Source: a virus (Duplodnaviria > Caudoviricetes). From it: a DNA stretch of 64,000 nucleotides. How positions within the stretch are numbered: the first letter of the stretch is position 1; each line of letters starts with the position of its first letter. The notes beneath the pieces were generated by a model. The model saw only the letters and a list, made by a program, of their open reading frames with translations, searched no databases and was not told the origin of the DNA. Below, one piece after another: positions 49,655-59,636 of this stretch. Where the stretch lies: positions 40,923-104,922 of IMG/VR virus record IMGVR_UViG_2824317532_000001; one strand, given 5' to 3'. The position numbers and the translations under genes were made by a program.

Positions 49655-51709
49655 TTGAGCAGCGACCGCGACCCACGTCGACGCTTCAGTAACCGGCAAC
49701 GCAACCTGCTCTACATCTCCTCCGACGGCACCTGCGAAGAATGCGGCAACCCGCTGCCGCCCGGATGGCATGCCGACCACAAAAAGGCCCACACCCACGG
49801 CGGGGCCACCGAACTCGTCAACGGCCAAGCGCTCTGCGCTGGCTGCAACCTGCGCAAAGGAGCCCAGCCCATGGCCTACGCCGACACATTCAAACCCCGC
49901 CCGTTCCAAGGCGAGGTCGTCAAAAGCGTCCTCGACGGTTTCTCCTCTGACCGGAAAACCACCGTCGTCCTCGCCAGCCCCGGCTCCGGCAAAACCCTCA
50001 CCTACCAGGCCGTCGCCACCTACCTGTACCGGGAAGGCCTCATCGACTACGCCGCCGTGTTCGTACCCCGCCTCGTTCTTGCCCGCCAGTGCGAAGTGTC
50101 ATGGCTGCACCGCCTCGACCAGCCCGAACCGAACGGCAACATCTTCGGCGGCGACCATCGGCTGTTCGACTCCCGAAGCCGTCTGTCTGCGTTCCGGCAC
50201 GTCCCGAACCGGCTGCCGCTTATCCCGCCGGGTGAACGCGGCGTCGGCATGGTCACCACCTATTCGGCGTTGGTGAAGTCTCCCGACATCTACATCGACC
50301 ATTGGGCCGCCAAGAACAAAGGCCGGTTCCTGCTGGTCGCCGACGAAGCCCAGTTCTGTGGAACGTCCGGCGACGACGACGAGACCGGTGGAACCGCGGC
50401 CGGCCGGTGGATGCGGGAGATGCACGAGTACGCCGCCCACACGCTGCTGCTGACCGGAACGCCGTACCGTTCCGACGGCCAGCCGCTGATCCTCGCCGAC
50501 TACGAACCGGAGGACGAGGAAGGGAAACGCAAACTCGTTCACCATGCCGAGGCCGGCTATGCCACGGGCATCGCGGAGGGCTATCTGCGGCGCTTCGAAG
50601 CGACGATGATCGACGCCCGGGTGCGGTACAAGTACGTCGACAACACCGTCAACGAGTACGACCTGTCTCTCAGTGGCGCAGACCTGCGGGAAGTCATGTG
50701 TAAGCCCGACGTGTGGAAGCCGATCGCGGACGAGGTTGTTGCCGCGGTGCGGGAGAAGCAGCGCTTGCACCGCTCGTATCGCGGTCTGATCTCGTGCATG
50801 CAGCAGAGCGAGGCCAAGGCGGTGGAGGCGTACCTGCGTCGCCAGTACCCAGACCTCAAGGTGATGATCTCCGTTTCCGGTGATGGCGAGGAGGCCGAAC
50901 GGTCGCTGCGCAACTTCAAGTCCCAGGCCGCCGACGTGCTGGTCACGGTCCGTAAGGCGTTCATCGGCTATGACTGCCCCGAGATCACGGTGGTGGGGGT
51001 GCTCACCAACTACCGCGACTGGGGGCACTTGTCGCAGTTGGTGGGCCGAGGGTTGCGCATGTGGAAGGGCGCCGAACGGCGGGGCCAGTCGTGTCGTGTG
51101 ATCTGCCCCGACGACCCTGAGATGACGAGGTTCATCGAGTTCATGCGTGGCGAGTCGGAGCAGGGGCTGCGGGAGCGTGCGCGCCGTGAGGCCGACGCGG
51201 ACCGGGAAGCGGGCGCAAGCCGCACCCGAGAGGACGAACTCGGCTGGGTCGAGTCGGCGCACGCTACCCAGGTCAGGGCTGTCGGTAACGATTCGGAGGT
51301 GGACGCCGATGAGTTGATGCTGATTCGGGCGATCAAGCACGACATCGACTCGGTGGAGGACGTGACGAAGCTGAAGGAGTTCGCCGAGAAGTTGGGGCTG
51401 CGACTGTCGGAGATGGCCGCCACACGCGCCGATGTTCCTGAACAGGCTCTGCCGGTGTCGACGGCGGCACCACTGACCGAGCAGGAGCAGATCAAGGCAA
51501 TCAACCGGGAGACCAGTAAGGCCATCACGTCGTATCTGGCGCGGCGGGGCATGGACCCGAAGCACCCGCAGTTCCGGGCGAACGTGAAGCGGGTGACGGC
51601 GTCCGTGAACGCGGCGGCGGGCTGCTATGCCGATGACGTGTGGACCGTTGAGCAGGCGTTGAAGAGGTTGAACACGGCCCGCTCGCTGCCTGAGGAGGCG
51701 ATCGTGTGA
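49655..51709 (+). CDS. HNH endonuclease fused to an SF2 (ResIII/DEAD-like) helicase
   Basis: CEECG...HADH...GG.T...NGQALC..CN..KG; PRPFQ Q motif; ASPGSGKT; VADEAQ; LTGTPYRSD; GYDCP; QLVGRGLR. Confidence 0.85.
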   Translation: MSSDRDPRRRFSNRQRNLLYISSDGTCEECGNPLPPGWHADHKKAHTHGGATELVNGQALCAGCNLRKGAQPMAYADTFKPRPFQGEVVKSVLDGFSSDRKTTVVLASPGSGKTLTYQAVATYLYREGLIDYAAVFVPRLVLARQCEVSWLHRLDQPEPNGNIFGGDHRLFDSRSRLSAFRHVPNRLPLIPPGERGVGMVTTYSALVKSPDIYIDHWAAKNKGRFLLVADEAQFCGTSGDDDETGGTAAGRWMREMHEYAAHTLLLTGTPYRSDGQPLILADYEPEDEEGKRKLVHHAEAGYATGIAEGYLRRFEATMIDARVRYKYVDNTVNEYDLSLSGADLREVMCKPDVWKPIADEVVAAVREKQRLHRSYRGLISCMQQSEAKAVEAYLRRQYPDLKVMISVSGDGEEAERSLRNFKSQAADVLVTVRKAFIGYDCPEITVVGVLTNYRDWGHLSQLVGRGLRMWKGAERRGQSCRVICPDDPEMTRFIEFMRGESEQGLRERARREADADREAGASRTREDELGWVESAHATQVRAVGNDSEVDADELMLIRAIKHDIDSVEDVTKLKEFAEKLGLRLSEMAATRADVPEQALPVSTAAPLTEQEQIKAINRETSKAITSYLARRGMDPKHPQFRANVKRVTASVNAAAGCYADDVWTVEQALKRLNTARSLPEEAIV

Positions 51710-52356
51710 CCGGTATGCGTGAGGTGTCGATGCCTGAACTGACCGATGAGCAGCGCCGGGTGCACCGGGCAGGGGAGGCGCTGCATCGCGATGGAGCGTC
51801 GCCGGCCGGGGCGCTGGATCTCCTTGCGGCGATTGTCGAAGACCGCACGTGGGAGCGGATGTGTGACGCGAAGGGGGTGTCGTTCGCGGGCCGGTTCCGG
51901 GACTTCGTTGAAGCGCGAAAGCCGTTTGGTCTGGGCTTCGATCCGGACCAGCTGCCGAAGGTCCTTGGCCTGCGTCATCCCCACGAGGCGGTTCCAAAGG
52001 TTGCCTACCGCATAGCTGCAATGCGAGATCAGGTGAAGACGTTGCTCCTGTCGGAGATTCCCATTGCCTCGTCCAGGGGAGGAGATCGACGCTCTGACTA
52101 CCTTCAAAACAGTGCCACTGTTTTGAAACGAGAAACAGCTGATCACATTCTTTCCAGACTCAAGTCATCCGCTCCTGAGATGGCCGCTCGCGTAATCTCG
52201 GGCGAATTGACCGCCAATGCCGCCGCGCATCAGTTGGGTTGGCGTCGCCCACGCATCGTCGTGTCTTCCCCTGAGCGGGTGGCTGAGGCGCTGCGCCGCA
52301 CCATGGATCCGGACGACATCAAGCGGTTGGCCGCAATTCTCGGTGGTGATGAGTGA
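51706..52356 (+). CDS. Hypothetical DNA-binding-like protein coupled to the HNH-helicase
   Basis: GTGA overlap; GGDRRS motif; C-terminal domain paralogous to the next gene. Confidence 0.65.
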   Translation: MTGMREVSMPELTDEQRRVHRAGEALHRDGASPAGALDLLAAIVEDRTWERMCDAKGVSFAGRFRDFVEARKPFGLGFDPDQLPKVLGLRHPHEAVPKVAYRIAAMRDQVKTLLLSEIPIASSRGGDRRSDYLQNSATVLKRETADHILSRLKSSAPEMAARVISGELTANAAAHQLGWRRPRIVVSSPERVAEALRRTMDPDDIKRLAAILGGDE

Positions 52357-52592
52357 CTGTGCACCGCGGCACCAGTCGCCGATACGCCTTGAATCGCCTT
52401 GAGCGCGACGCGCCGGAGTTGTATCAGCAGGTGGTGCAAAAGAAGATGACAGCGCATGCTGCCATGGTTCAGGCCGGCTTCCGCCCACCAACATTTACGG
52501 TCCGTGCGGACTCGGCGGAACAGGTGGCTGAGACCTTGAAGCGGCGCCTTCCGCCGGAGATGGTGGCCGAGCTGGCGGCGAAGCTGGCCTGA
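52353..52592 (+). CDS. Small paralog of the C-terminal domain of 51706-52356
   Basis: RL..(D/S)APE....V....(L/M)TA.AA....G(W/F)R.P...V...E.VAE.L.R shared between the two. Confidence 0.65.
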   Translation: MTVHRGTSRRYALNRLERDAPELYQQVVQKKMTAHAAMVQAGFRPPTFTVRADSAEQVAETLKRRLPPEMVAELAAKLA

Positions 52593-52664
52593 GCGCAGTA
52601 GGCCCTGGGTTTCGGTCCGGGGCTCTCTGCTGCCCATTCCATGATCATGCGCTACAGTCACGTC

Positions 52665-52680
52665 TAGAACATCCGTTCGA
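52665..52680 (+). promoter_or_regulatory. LexA (SOS) box TAGAAC-ATCC-GTTCGA downstream of -10 TACAGT (52653-52658)
   Basis: One mismatch to the actinobacterial consensus TCGAAC-N4-GTTCGA; upstream of imuA'-like gene. Confidence 0.75.
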
Positions 52681-52755
52681 GTCGGCCCGCGAACCGGCTG
52701 GTCAACGACGTGTCGCCTCTTCCCCGGCGGCCAGCACTGGCACGGGGAGCACAGC

Positions 52756-53598
52756 ATGGCGCCATGGAACGGCGGTCTCATCGGCGACGTAGACGACGTC
52801 CACGCCGCTCTCGCACGCGTCAACCAGCAGGCCCAGACTCGCGGCACCACCGCCCTGCTGACCCAGCCGGTCACCACCGGCGACGACATCACCCCCGCCA
52901 CCACCCAACTGCTGCCGTGCGATCCGCAGATCCTGCCGCTGCTGCCGTGGACCGGCCTGCGCCGCGGCACCACGATCGCGGCGGTCGGTTCGACCAGCCT
53001 GCTCATCACCCTGCTCGCCGCCGCCATGCGCGACACCGGCAGTTGGGCTGCGGTTGTCGGGAAACCCGAGTTCGGGTGCCTCGCCGCCGCAGAGGCCGGC
53101 GTGCCCCTCGACCGGCTCGCCCTCGTGCCGGAGCCCGGCCCGGACTGGCCGACCATCGTCGCCTCCCTGCTCGACGGCATCGACCTGGTCGCCGTTCAAC
53201 CTCCGCCCGGCACCAGCGACACGGTCATGAAGGCTCTGTCGGCGCGGGCCCGACAGAAAGGCGCCGTCCTCATCCCCACTCGCGCTTGGACGGGCGCCGA
53301 AGTCGTCCTCGAGGTGACCGGCCGCCGCTGGCACGGACTCCGTGACGGCGGCGGCCGCCTCCGCGACAGCCAGATCGACGTGCGGGCGGCCGGGCGCGGT
53401 AGGGCTGTCCGGCCGAAAACGGCCACCCTTGCTGTCGGTGACACCCGCCCGCCGATCCAGATTCCGGCGTCGCCCGTCGATGCCGGGCCGCCGCCAGCGG
53501 CGGGCAACGCCCTGTGGGAGCGTGTGGAACCGTTACCGCCGCCTGCCGACCTGTGGGCGGGCATGCGTGTCCCCGTCACGGGCCGGCGGCTGAGTTAG
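52756..53598 (+). CDS. imuA: ImuA'-like (Rv3395c-type) RecA-fold protein
   Basis: LLP..GLRRG...GSTSLL..LLA...GSWAAVVG.P.FG.LAAAEAGV.LDRLALVP.PG......LLDG.DLV...L.ARARQ.GAVL; degenerate Walker A. Confidence 0.8.
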   Translation: MAPWNGGLIGDVDDVHAALARVNQQAQTRGTTALLTQPVTTGDDITPATTQLLPCDPQILPLLPWTGLRRGTTIAAVGSTSLLITLLAAAMRDTGSWAAVVGKPEFGCLAAAEAGVPLDRLALVPEPGPDWPTIVASLLDGIDLVAVQPPPGTSDTVMKALSARARQKGAVLIPTRAWTGAEVVLEVTGRRWHGLRDGGGRLRDSQIDVRAAGRGRAVRPKTATLAVGDTRPPIQIPASPVDAGPPPAAGNALWERVEPLPPPADLWAGMRVPVTGRRLS

Positions 53599-53599
53599 G

Positions 53600-56500
53600 T
53601 CAGCCCTGGAGCGGCCATCGTGCAGGGCGGGGCCGACGCATGCGGGGGTCGGTGGTCATGTCGGCGAGCCGGATGGTGAGGGCGTCTCGTAGGTTGTCGC
53701 AGGTGCGGCAGATCGGCTCGTCGCAGTCGGTGTGGTGGTCGTCGGCGATCCGGACCAGCAGCGCGGTGAGGTTGCCGTTCAAATAGCCTTCGGCGTAGCC
53801 GGGTTTGCCGTGGATGCGGTTGCGGAGTTCGGCGACGGTGGTGTCGGTGACGCCGTAGCGTGCGGCGGATTCGGTGACGGCAGTGACTGCCATCTGGATG
53901 ACCTCGGCTGATGTCGGCATCGTTGCCTCCTGTAGCGTCAGGTGATCGTGGTGGGACGGAACGTTACGCCCGCGTAAGGGGTGCCTCCATGGGCCTTTCT
54001 GACCGCGATCGATCATTCTGGGTGATGTGGTGTGGCCGGTCGGAGGATCCCGTCGGGTAACAACGCCGTTCCGGGGATTACCGCCACCCGATCGAACCGC
54101 CGATCGGGGCCGTTCGGGCAGCAGAAACCCGCCGTGTGCCTACGCGTCACGGCGGGCTGGGTGGCTCGATGCTGGTGTGGTCCGCCCCGTTCCCCGTGCC
54201 GGGGCGGGCACCTACGCTGTCGCGCTGCGGATCTGGTCGAGGCTGATCCAGCCTTCCCGCAGCAGCCAGCCGATCACGAAGTCGTTCTCCGGCTCCATCC
54301 CGGCACCGATCTTGCAGGTGACCGGATAGCCGGGACACGCGCACTGGTCCTCGTGGATCCCGGCCCGGTACTCGACGGCCATCCGCTCGACCAGGGCGTC
54401 GATGTCGGCGGCGGCATGCTCCAGGTCGAACGTGTCCCTCAGCGGCAGGTAGCCCATCAGACGTTCTCCTCGCCGTTCTTACCCTCGATCCAGGCAAGAA
54501 CGGCGTCGGGCGTCTTGCCCCACGCGGTACAACCGCACGAGCACACCCGGTCCAGTCCGGGCACGCTGCCGTAGTGCCGCCACACGGGGTGCCCGCAGCG
54601 CTGGTTGGTACAGGTGACCGAGTCGTCCTCGGCGGCGTAGTGCTGCTCCCACAGGTCCAGGCTGGGATCGTCTGAGCGGTCGACGCGCATCAGGGAATCT
54701 CCTCGTCGATGCTCATCCCCCACAGTTGGCCGCGGTGCCAGCCGCCGGGCTGGAAGTTGTCGGGATGGTCGGCGATCTCCCACGGTGGGCCGCCGGCGAG
54801 GCGGTCGCGTTCTTCCATGGCGGCGACTTCGGCGAGGGTTTCGTCGGAGATGAGCAGCTGCGGGTTGTCGTTCATGCGGGTTCTCCTCGGGTGGGGCCGG
54901 GCGACCGGAGCCGCCCGGCAGGCGGTCAGTTGGCGGCGATGGAGCGAATGCGGTCGAGTACGGCTTGCCCGTCGGCGGCCAACTGTTCCGGGGTCGGGTC
55001 CGGTGCGGGGTATTCCAGGTCTGCATGTGCGGCATCCTCTCCGAACATGGGGGCACACGGCTGACACGGTTCCGGCCGGTAGTTGGTGTCCTTGCTGCGG
55101 TCACGGTGCATGGCGCGCTCCTTCGGGTCGCGAATCAGTGTGTGCGTGCGTGGTCGCGGCCGATCGCCGTCGATGGTGAGGATGTCGGCGCCGAGCCGGC
55201 GGATCGCGTAGTCGCGGGTGGCGGTCACAGCGTCTCCTCGGCGGGTTCGGCGTAGTACTCGGTCAGGTCGTTGTCGTCGAGCAGGTTCGCGAGCTCGGCG
55301 GCGGCGTCTTCGGCTTCACGCTGGGTGGGGTAGGTGCCGTGGCGGGTGACCCCGTCCAGGCCGGTGCCGACTACCTGCCACAAGGCGGCGCTCATGCCGC
55401 CGTCCCCGCAGCCTCGACCACGGCGGCCTTCTCCCGAATCGCCGCCACCAACTCCACGTAGAACCGCGAAGCACCGAGCGCCTCCAAATCGACTTGGGTG
55501 GGCTGGTCGGCACGCCGCGGGTAGTCCACCGACACGGCCCTGCCGATGATGTCGGTGCCGAGCGGTGTCGGGCCTTGCGCGGAAACCGCCACGTACAGGC
55601 TGCTCGGCAGCACCAGCACGAACCAGGAGCCGGCGTTCGCGGTGTAGGCCACGTCGCGGTCGTTGCCCCTGCCGCGGTAGAACTCGGCGACGATCGGCAG
55701 GTGCGGGTATTCGGCCATGACGGTGCGGACCTGCTGCTCGGCGATGGCGTGTTCGAGGTGCTCGGTCGGCTTGTCGGTCATGGCGTGTCCTTGGTGTTGT
55801 CGGGGCGGGGCAGGATTCGATAGCGCTGGCCGGGCTGCACGGGGAGCAGTACGTAGCCCTCGGTCCAGGCGTCCCGCGCTTCTGGGTCGTCGAGAACGGT
55901 GCCCTCGTAGGGGGTGAACCGGTCGATGCGGAAGCAGCGGCCGAGGAGGACCAGAACGTCTCCGGTTTGGACTTCGTCGCCGGAGACGATCCAGGCGTTG
56001 TGCTGCCGCTCGTAGGTGGTGAGCTGATCGGCGGGAGGGTTCTTCCAGATCACGCCGCCACCGGCCCTTGGTCGGCAGCGCTCAGGCCACGCTCGTTGAG
56101 CCGGAGGCTGGCGATGATGCGGGTGCCGGGCCGGTAGGTGGGGGTGCCGCCGACACGCTCGTAGATGCCACGCAACACGGTCCACGACTGGCCGGGGCGG
56201 GTGGTGACGACGCCGTTGCGGTGGTGGCAGATCAGGTCGAGCATCGCGGGGGTGAGCGGCTTGACGTGCACGTTAGTGCGGGTGGGCCGGATCCGGCGCT
56301 CGGGGTGCAGGGCGGCGTTCTTCGCGTTGGTGCGGGCACCGGTCCAGCCGCCCGTGCGCTTGCTGTCGGCCATGATGTCGGCGACCGCGGCCTGGTCGGC
56401 GGCGAGCTCGGCGCGCATGGTGGCGGTGGCCTGGTCGAGGACGGCGTTGATGTCGGCTGCCAGCTCGGCGTCCGCTCCCCCGGCGGCCTGCGCGGCGGCG

Positions 56501-57133
56501 ATGAGGCAAGCCACCTGGGCTTCGATCTGCCAGATCGGGGTGCGGGCGAGGGCGGCGTCGCGGATGGTCCGGTACCAGGCGATCGCCTCGGCGCGTTGGG
56601 CGTGCGGGTAGGTGGCGGACAGCGCGGACTGGCGGGTGGGGCCGGCGAACACCTGGATGCTGATGCCCTGGTGGTCGGTCCAGGTGGTGATGATGAGTGC
56701 CCCGAACTGCTGGCCGGTCTGGTCGGTAACCTGCATGTGGATCGGCTCCCTGGTGGTTCAGGTGGTCGGTCGGGTGGGGCTGTTGGCGCAGCCCTGCTCT
56801 GGCCCCGTTCTCCGTTGGCGCGGAGGCGGGGCCGTTCTGCTAGGCGGCGGCGTACGCCCGGAACATCGCGGTGAGCACGTCGAACGCGGTCGGCCGGTAG
56901 GTGGCGCAACGGATCGCGGTGTGGCGGGCGTGCTTGCTGGTGGCGATGTCGAAGCTGCTGAGGACCGAGGCGAGGTATTCGGTGCCGTCGGTGAAGGTGA
57001 TGAGCCGCTCGGCCCACGGCGTCGGCTTGGTGATGGTGGCGACCTGCCGGAACGGGGCGCCGCCGAGGGCGAACTGGCTGCGGATGACCATGCCGGGCTT
57101 GAGCTGGCGGGTGGTGGCGGTCTTGAGGCGCAT
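53600..57133 (-). CDS. Leftward run of small hypothetical genes (53600-53920, 54212-54457, 54457-54690, 54690-54875, 54926-55228, 55392-55781, 55778-56053, 56050-56736, 56840-57133)
   Basis: Coupled GC3-rich ORFs downstream of the promoter at 57224-57252. Confidence 0.6.
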
Positions 57134-57223
57134 CGCGGCGGGCTCCGTTCGTGGTCTGGGATGGAGAAAGCCCCGCCGGATTCCGCCGATACGGAGAACC
57201 CGGCGGGGCTTGTCGCACCCACC

Positions 57224-57270
57224 ACTTTGCCAGACTGTCACGTAAGAGGCAATAGTCTTACGTGACAGTC
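57224..57270 (-). promoter_or_regulatory. Leftward promoter (TTGCCT-N17-CAAAGT) overlapped by 15-bp-arm inverted repeat operator
   Basis: GACTGTCACGTAAGA-N8-TCTTACGTGACAGTC at 57233-57270. Confidence 0.7.
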
Positions 57271-57994
57271 AGCCTTTCGCGGCCTTCTTCCGCAGCACCG
57301 TCTCGTGCGTGACCTGATACAACTCCGCGTTCAGGATCGCCCGACCCGCCTCCACCGCCCGTCGGCCCGCCCACGTCGTCCTGGTCACCTCCAGCACCGG
57401 AACCTCCTGCCGAACCGCGAGCAACTCCGCCTCCGCCGGCGACGGAAGCCGGGCGACAATCTCCTCGACGAACCGGTCCACCCGAGCCCCCCGCTCCGCC
57501 AGCCGCTCGTACACGCCGCCCTCCCCCACGTCATGCAGGAGGATGTCGGTACCGAACGCCAGGTCGGCCGGATAGTAGGTCCACTCCAGATGCCCCGGCG
57601 CGCCGCGGAAGTCGACGCGAGCATGCCGCTCCACCACCTGCTCATCGGCGGCGACGCCGAGGATCTCCTGCACGGGCGGCGGCGGCAGCACCTTCGCCAC
57701 ACGCAGCACCGTGGCAATCCGGTCAGGGTCGGTGCCGCGCTGGACGGCGTCAGCCCAGTTGTCGGTGACGTTCACCTTCGGCGGTGGCGCTTTGACGAAG
57801 TTCCCGCGGCCGTGCTGCGACTCGATGAGGCCCTCCGACCGCAGCTTGCCGATCGCCCGGCCCGCAGCGCCGGCGCCGACGCCGTGCAGTTGCTGCAGTT
57901 CGGCCAGCGACGGGAGCCTGTCTCCGGGTTTCAACTGTTCGGCGTGGATGCGCTCGCGGTACAGCGCGGCCAGCCCATCGGCGGTCATGGTCAT
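57269..57994 (-). CDS. GntR/HutC-family (wHTH+UTRA) repressor, KorSA-like
   Basis: LKPGDRLPSLAEL...GV......RAI..LRSEGLIES.HGRGNFV; UTRA: ARLPSPAEAELL...PVLEVTRT. Confidence 0.9.
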   Translation of the reverse strand: MTMTADGLAALYRERIHAEQLKPGDRLPSLAELQQLHGVGAGAAGRAIGKLRSEGLIESQHGRGNFVKAPPPKVNVTDNWADAVQRGTDPDRIATVLRVAKVLPPPPVQEILGVAADEQVVERHARVDFRGAPGHLEWTYYPADLAFGTDILLHDVGEGGVYERLAERGARVDRFVEEIVARLPSPAEAELLAVRQEVPVLEVTRTTWAGRRAVEAGRAILNAELYQVTHETVLRKKAAKG

Positions 57995-58030
57995 ATCGGC
58001 TCCTGGCTGCGAATCTGTAGCACCGTATCA

Positions 58031-58133
58031 GTCTGACGTGACACCGTCGCATACCGAAGCCCATAGGGCGGATCTTCACGTTCGAGTACTGTTACGTGTG
58101 AGTCTTGACTGTCACGCAAGTGTCAGTGAGGAT
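58031..58133 (+). promoter_or_regulatory. Rightward promoter TTGACT-N17-GAGGAT with three variant operator boxes
   Basis: gtctgacgtgacac (58031), actgttacgtgtgag (58088) and gactgtcacgcaag (58107) resemble the 57233 arms. Confidence 0.65.
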
Positions 58134-58139
58134 GGGTCC

Positions 58140-58394
58140 ATGACTTCTCCGAGCCCACTGCAGGTCCTCATGGCCCGCCGCATGCTCGCCACCTGCAACC
58201 CGCGACAGATCCGTGAAGACGCCGATCTCACTCAGGCAGAGATGGCTGTACTCGTCGGTGTCAGCGCCTCCGCCATGAGCCGCCTCGAAGCCGGCAACCG
58301 CAAACCCTGGTCGAAGACCGCTGTCCGTTGGGCCGGCATCCTCGCCCAACTCCAGGCCCAAGGTGCCATCTACGACCGGGCCATCGCCGCCTGA
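58140..58394 (+). CDS. Cro-like XRE HTH protein (leaderless)
   Basis: RQIREDADLTQAEMAVLVGVSASAMSRLEAGNRKP; divergent from GntR. Confidence 0.8.
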   Translation: MTSPSPLQVLMARRMLATCNPRQIREDADLTQAEMAVLVGVSASAMSRLEAGNRKPWSKTAVRWAGILAQLQAQGAIYDRAIAA

Positions 58395-58518
58395 AACGAC
58401 GAACGCCGGGGTTTGCAGACCCCGGCGCCGACACCCTCGAAAGGCGCAACCTCGTGGCCCCAGAGTACGACGCCCCGGCGTCGTCGAGCACCGTCACGCC
58501 CGCCCCGGCGGCGCGCTG

Positions 58519-59622
58519 ATGGGTTACAAGCTGCGCCGAGAAGTGCGCGACTTGCTCTGGGCCGGAGCTCTCACCGCCTCCGAACGGGTTCTGCTTCTTG
58601 AGCTCGCCGACAACGCCAACGACGACACCCGCGTGGCATACCCCGGCATGGGCTGGATCCTCGCCGCATGCGACATTCCGAGCAAGAAGCGCGCTGGGGA
58701 GCATCTGGCATCGATCGCCGCGAAGTGGTTCGAGATCCGCGTCGAGGTCGGCAAGGACAAGAACGGCAACGCGCTGTACGCCATGCCGAAGATTCAGACG
58801 CGGTACCGGTTCCCGACTCGGGATGAGTTGGTGGCCCGGCACGGCGAACGGAAGGTCCCCAAAATTCAGGGACTTGACGCCTGCAAAGTCCCTGAAAATC
58901 AGGGGCCTAAGGTCCCTGAAAATCAGGGTGCTGACGGCCCGAAGGCCCCTGATTTTCAGGGACCCTTCTCCTCAAAGAACTTCTCTCCTCAAAGTTCTAA
59001 CTCCTCACCTCCCCCTACCCCCTCGTTGTTCGGCACCGACCACGTCGTGATCGACGCCGAAATCGTGGAGGAGGCGGAGGAGATTGATGCTTCGCCAGAA
59101 ACCCAACTTCAAAACCTCACCGACCAGATCCGGGCCATCCGCCCCAACTGGAACCCAGCCGAGATCCGCCGGCACCTCGACGCAGCACTCCGTCTCGTCG
59201 ATGAGAACTTCGAAGCCCTCACCACGCTCGCCGTGAACACCGCCAAGGACCGCAGCACCGCACAACCATCCCGGCTGACCGCATCCGGAAACCCCCATCT
59301 TCAAAGGGTCGGCCTGGCGTTGCTCGTTGCCCGCGCCGACGCCATGCCCGACACCGGTCCGATCAAGCCGCTGCATCCCAACGCGCACGTCTTCCAGCCG
59401 AAGACGGACGGCTCCAAGGTGTGCGGCTGGAACGAGTGCGAACTACCTGAGGCCAACGACCGGCACCGGGTCGGTAACCGCGACGGCGGCTATGTCGGCC
59501 AGACCCGGTCAAGCCACACCGATGGCCTCGACGAATACGGCAACGGCTTCCGTAAAGGCGGCACCCGCCATCACCTGACCGATTCGCGGGCACCGAACCG
59601 CGACTACAGCGAACCGCTCTGA
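58519..59622 (+). CDS. Replication initiator-like protein (N-terminal wHTH, internal iterons)
   Basis: LTASERVLLLELADNANDDTRVAYPG; KVPENQG peptide repeats reflecting DNA iterons. Confidence 0.7.
   Translation: MGYKLRREVRDLLWAGALTASERVLLLELADNANDDTRVAYPGMGWILAACDIPSKKRAGEHLASIAAKWFEIRVEVGKDKNGNALYAMPKIQTRYRFPTRDELVARHGERKVPKIQGLDACKVPENQGPKVPENQGADGPKAPDFQGPFSSKNFSPQSSNSSPPPTPSLFGTDHVVIDAEIVEEAEEIDASPETQLQNLTDQIRAIRPNWNPAEIRRHLDAALRLVDENFEALTTLAVNTAKDRSTAQPSRLTASGNPHLQRVGLALLVARADAMPDTGPIKPLHPNAHVFQPKTDGSKVCGWNECELPEANDRHRVGNRDGGYVGQTRSSHTDGLDEYGNGFRKGGTRHHLTDSRAPNRDYSEPL
58852..58962. repeat. Four palindromic iterons CCCTGA(A/T)4CAGGG-like within the initiator gene
   Basis: aaggtccccaaaattcaggga, aaagtccctgaaaatcagggg, aaggtccctgaaaatcagggt, aaggcccctgattttcaggga, followed by a pyrimidine/AT-richer tract. 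Confidence 0.8.
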
Positions 59623-59636
59623 CGAAAGGACCCGCG

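Noticed and set aside
50099-52021. 640-aa minus-strand ORF and other long antisense ORFs (e.g. 10866-11966, 15758-16864, 21955-23322)
   Set aside because: Shadow frames of high-GC genes; no motifs or RBS
54090-54110. Second SOS box (tcgaaccgccgatcgg)
   Set aside because: Right half-site deviates (GATCGG) and the promoter context is unclear
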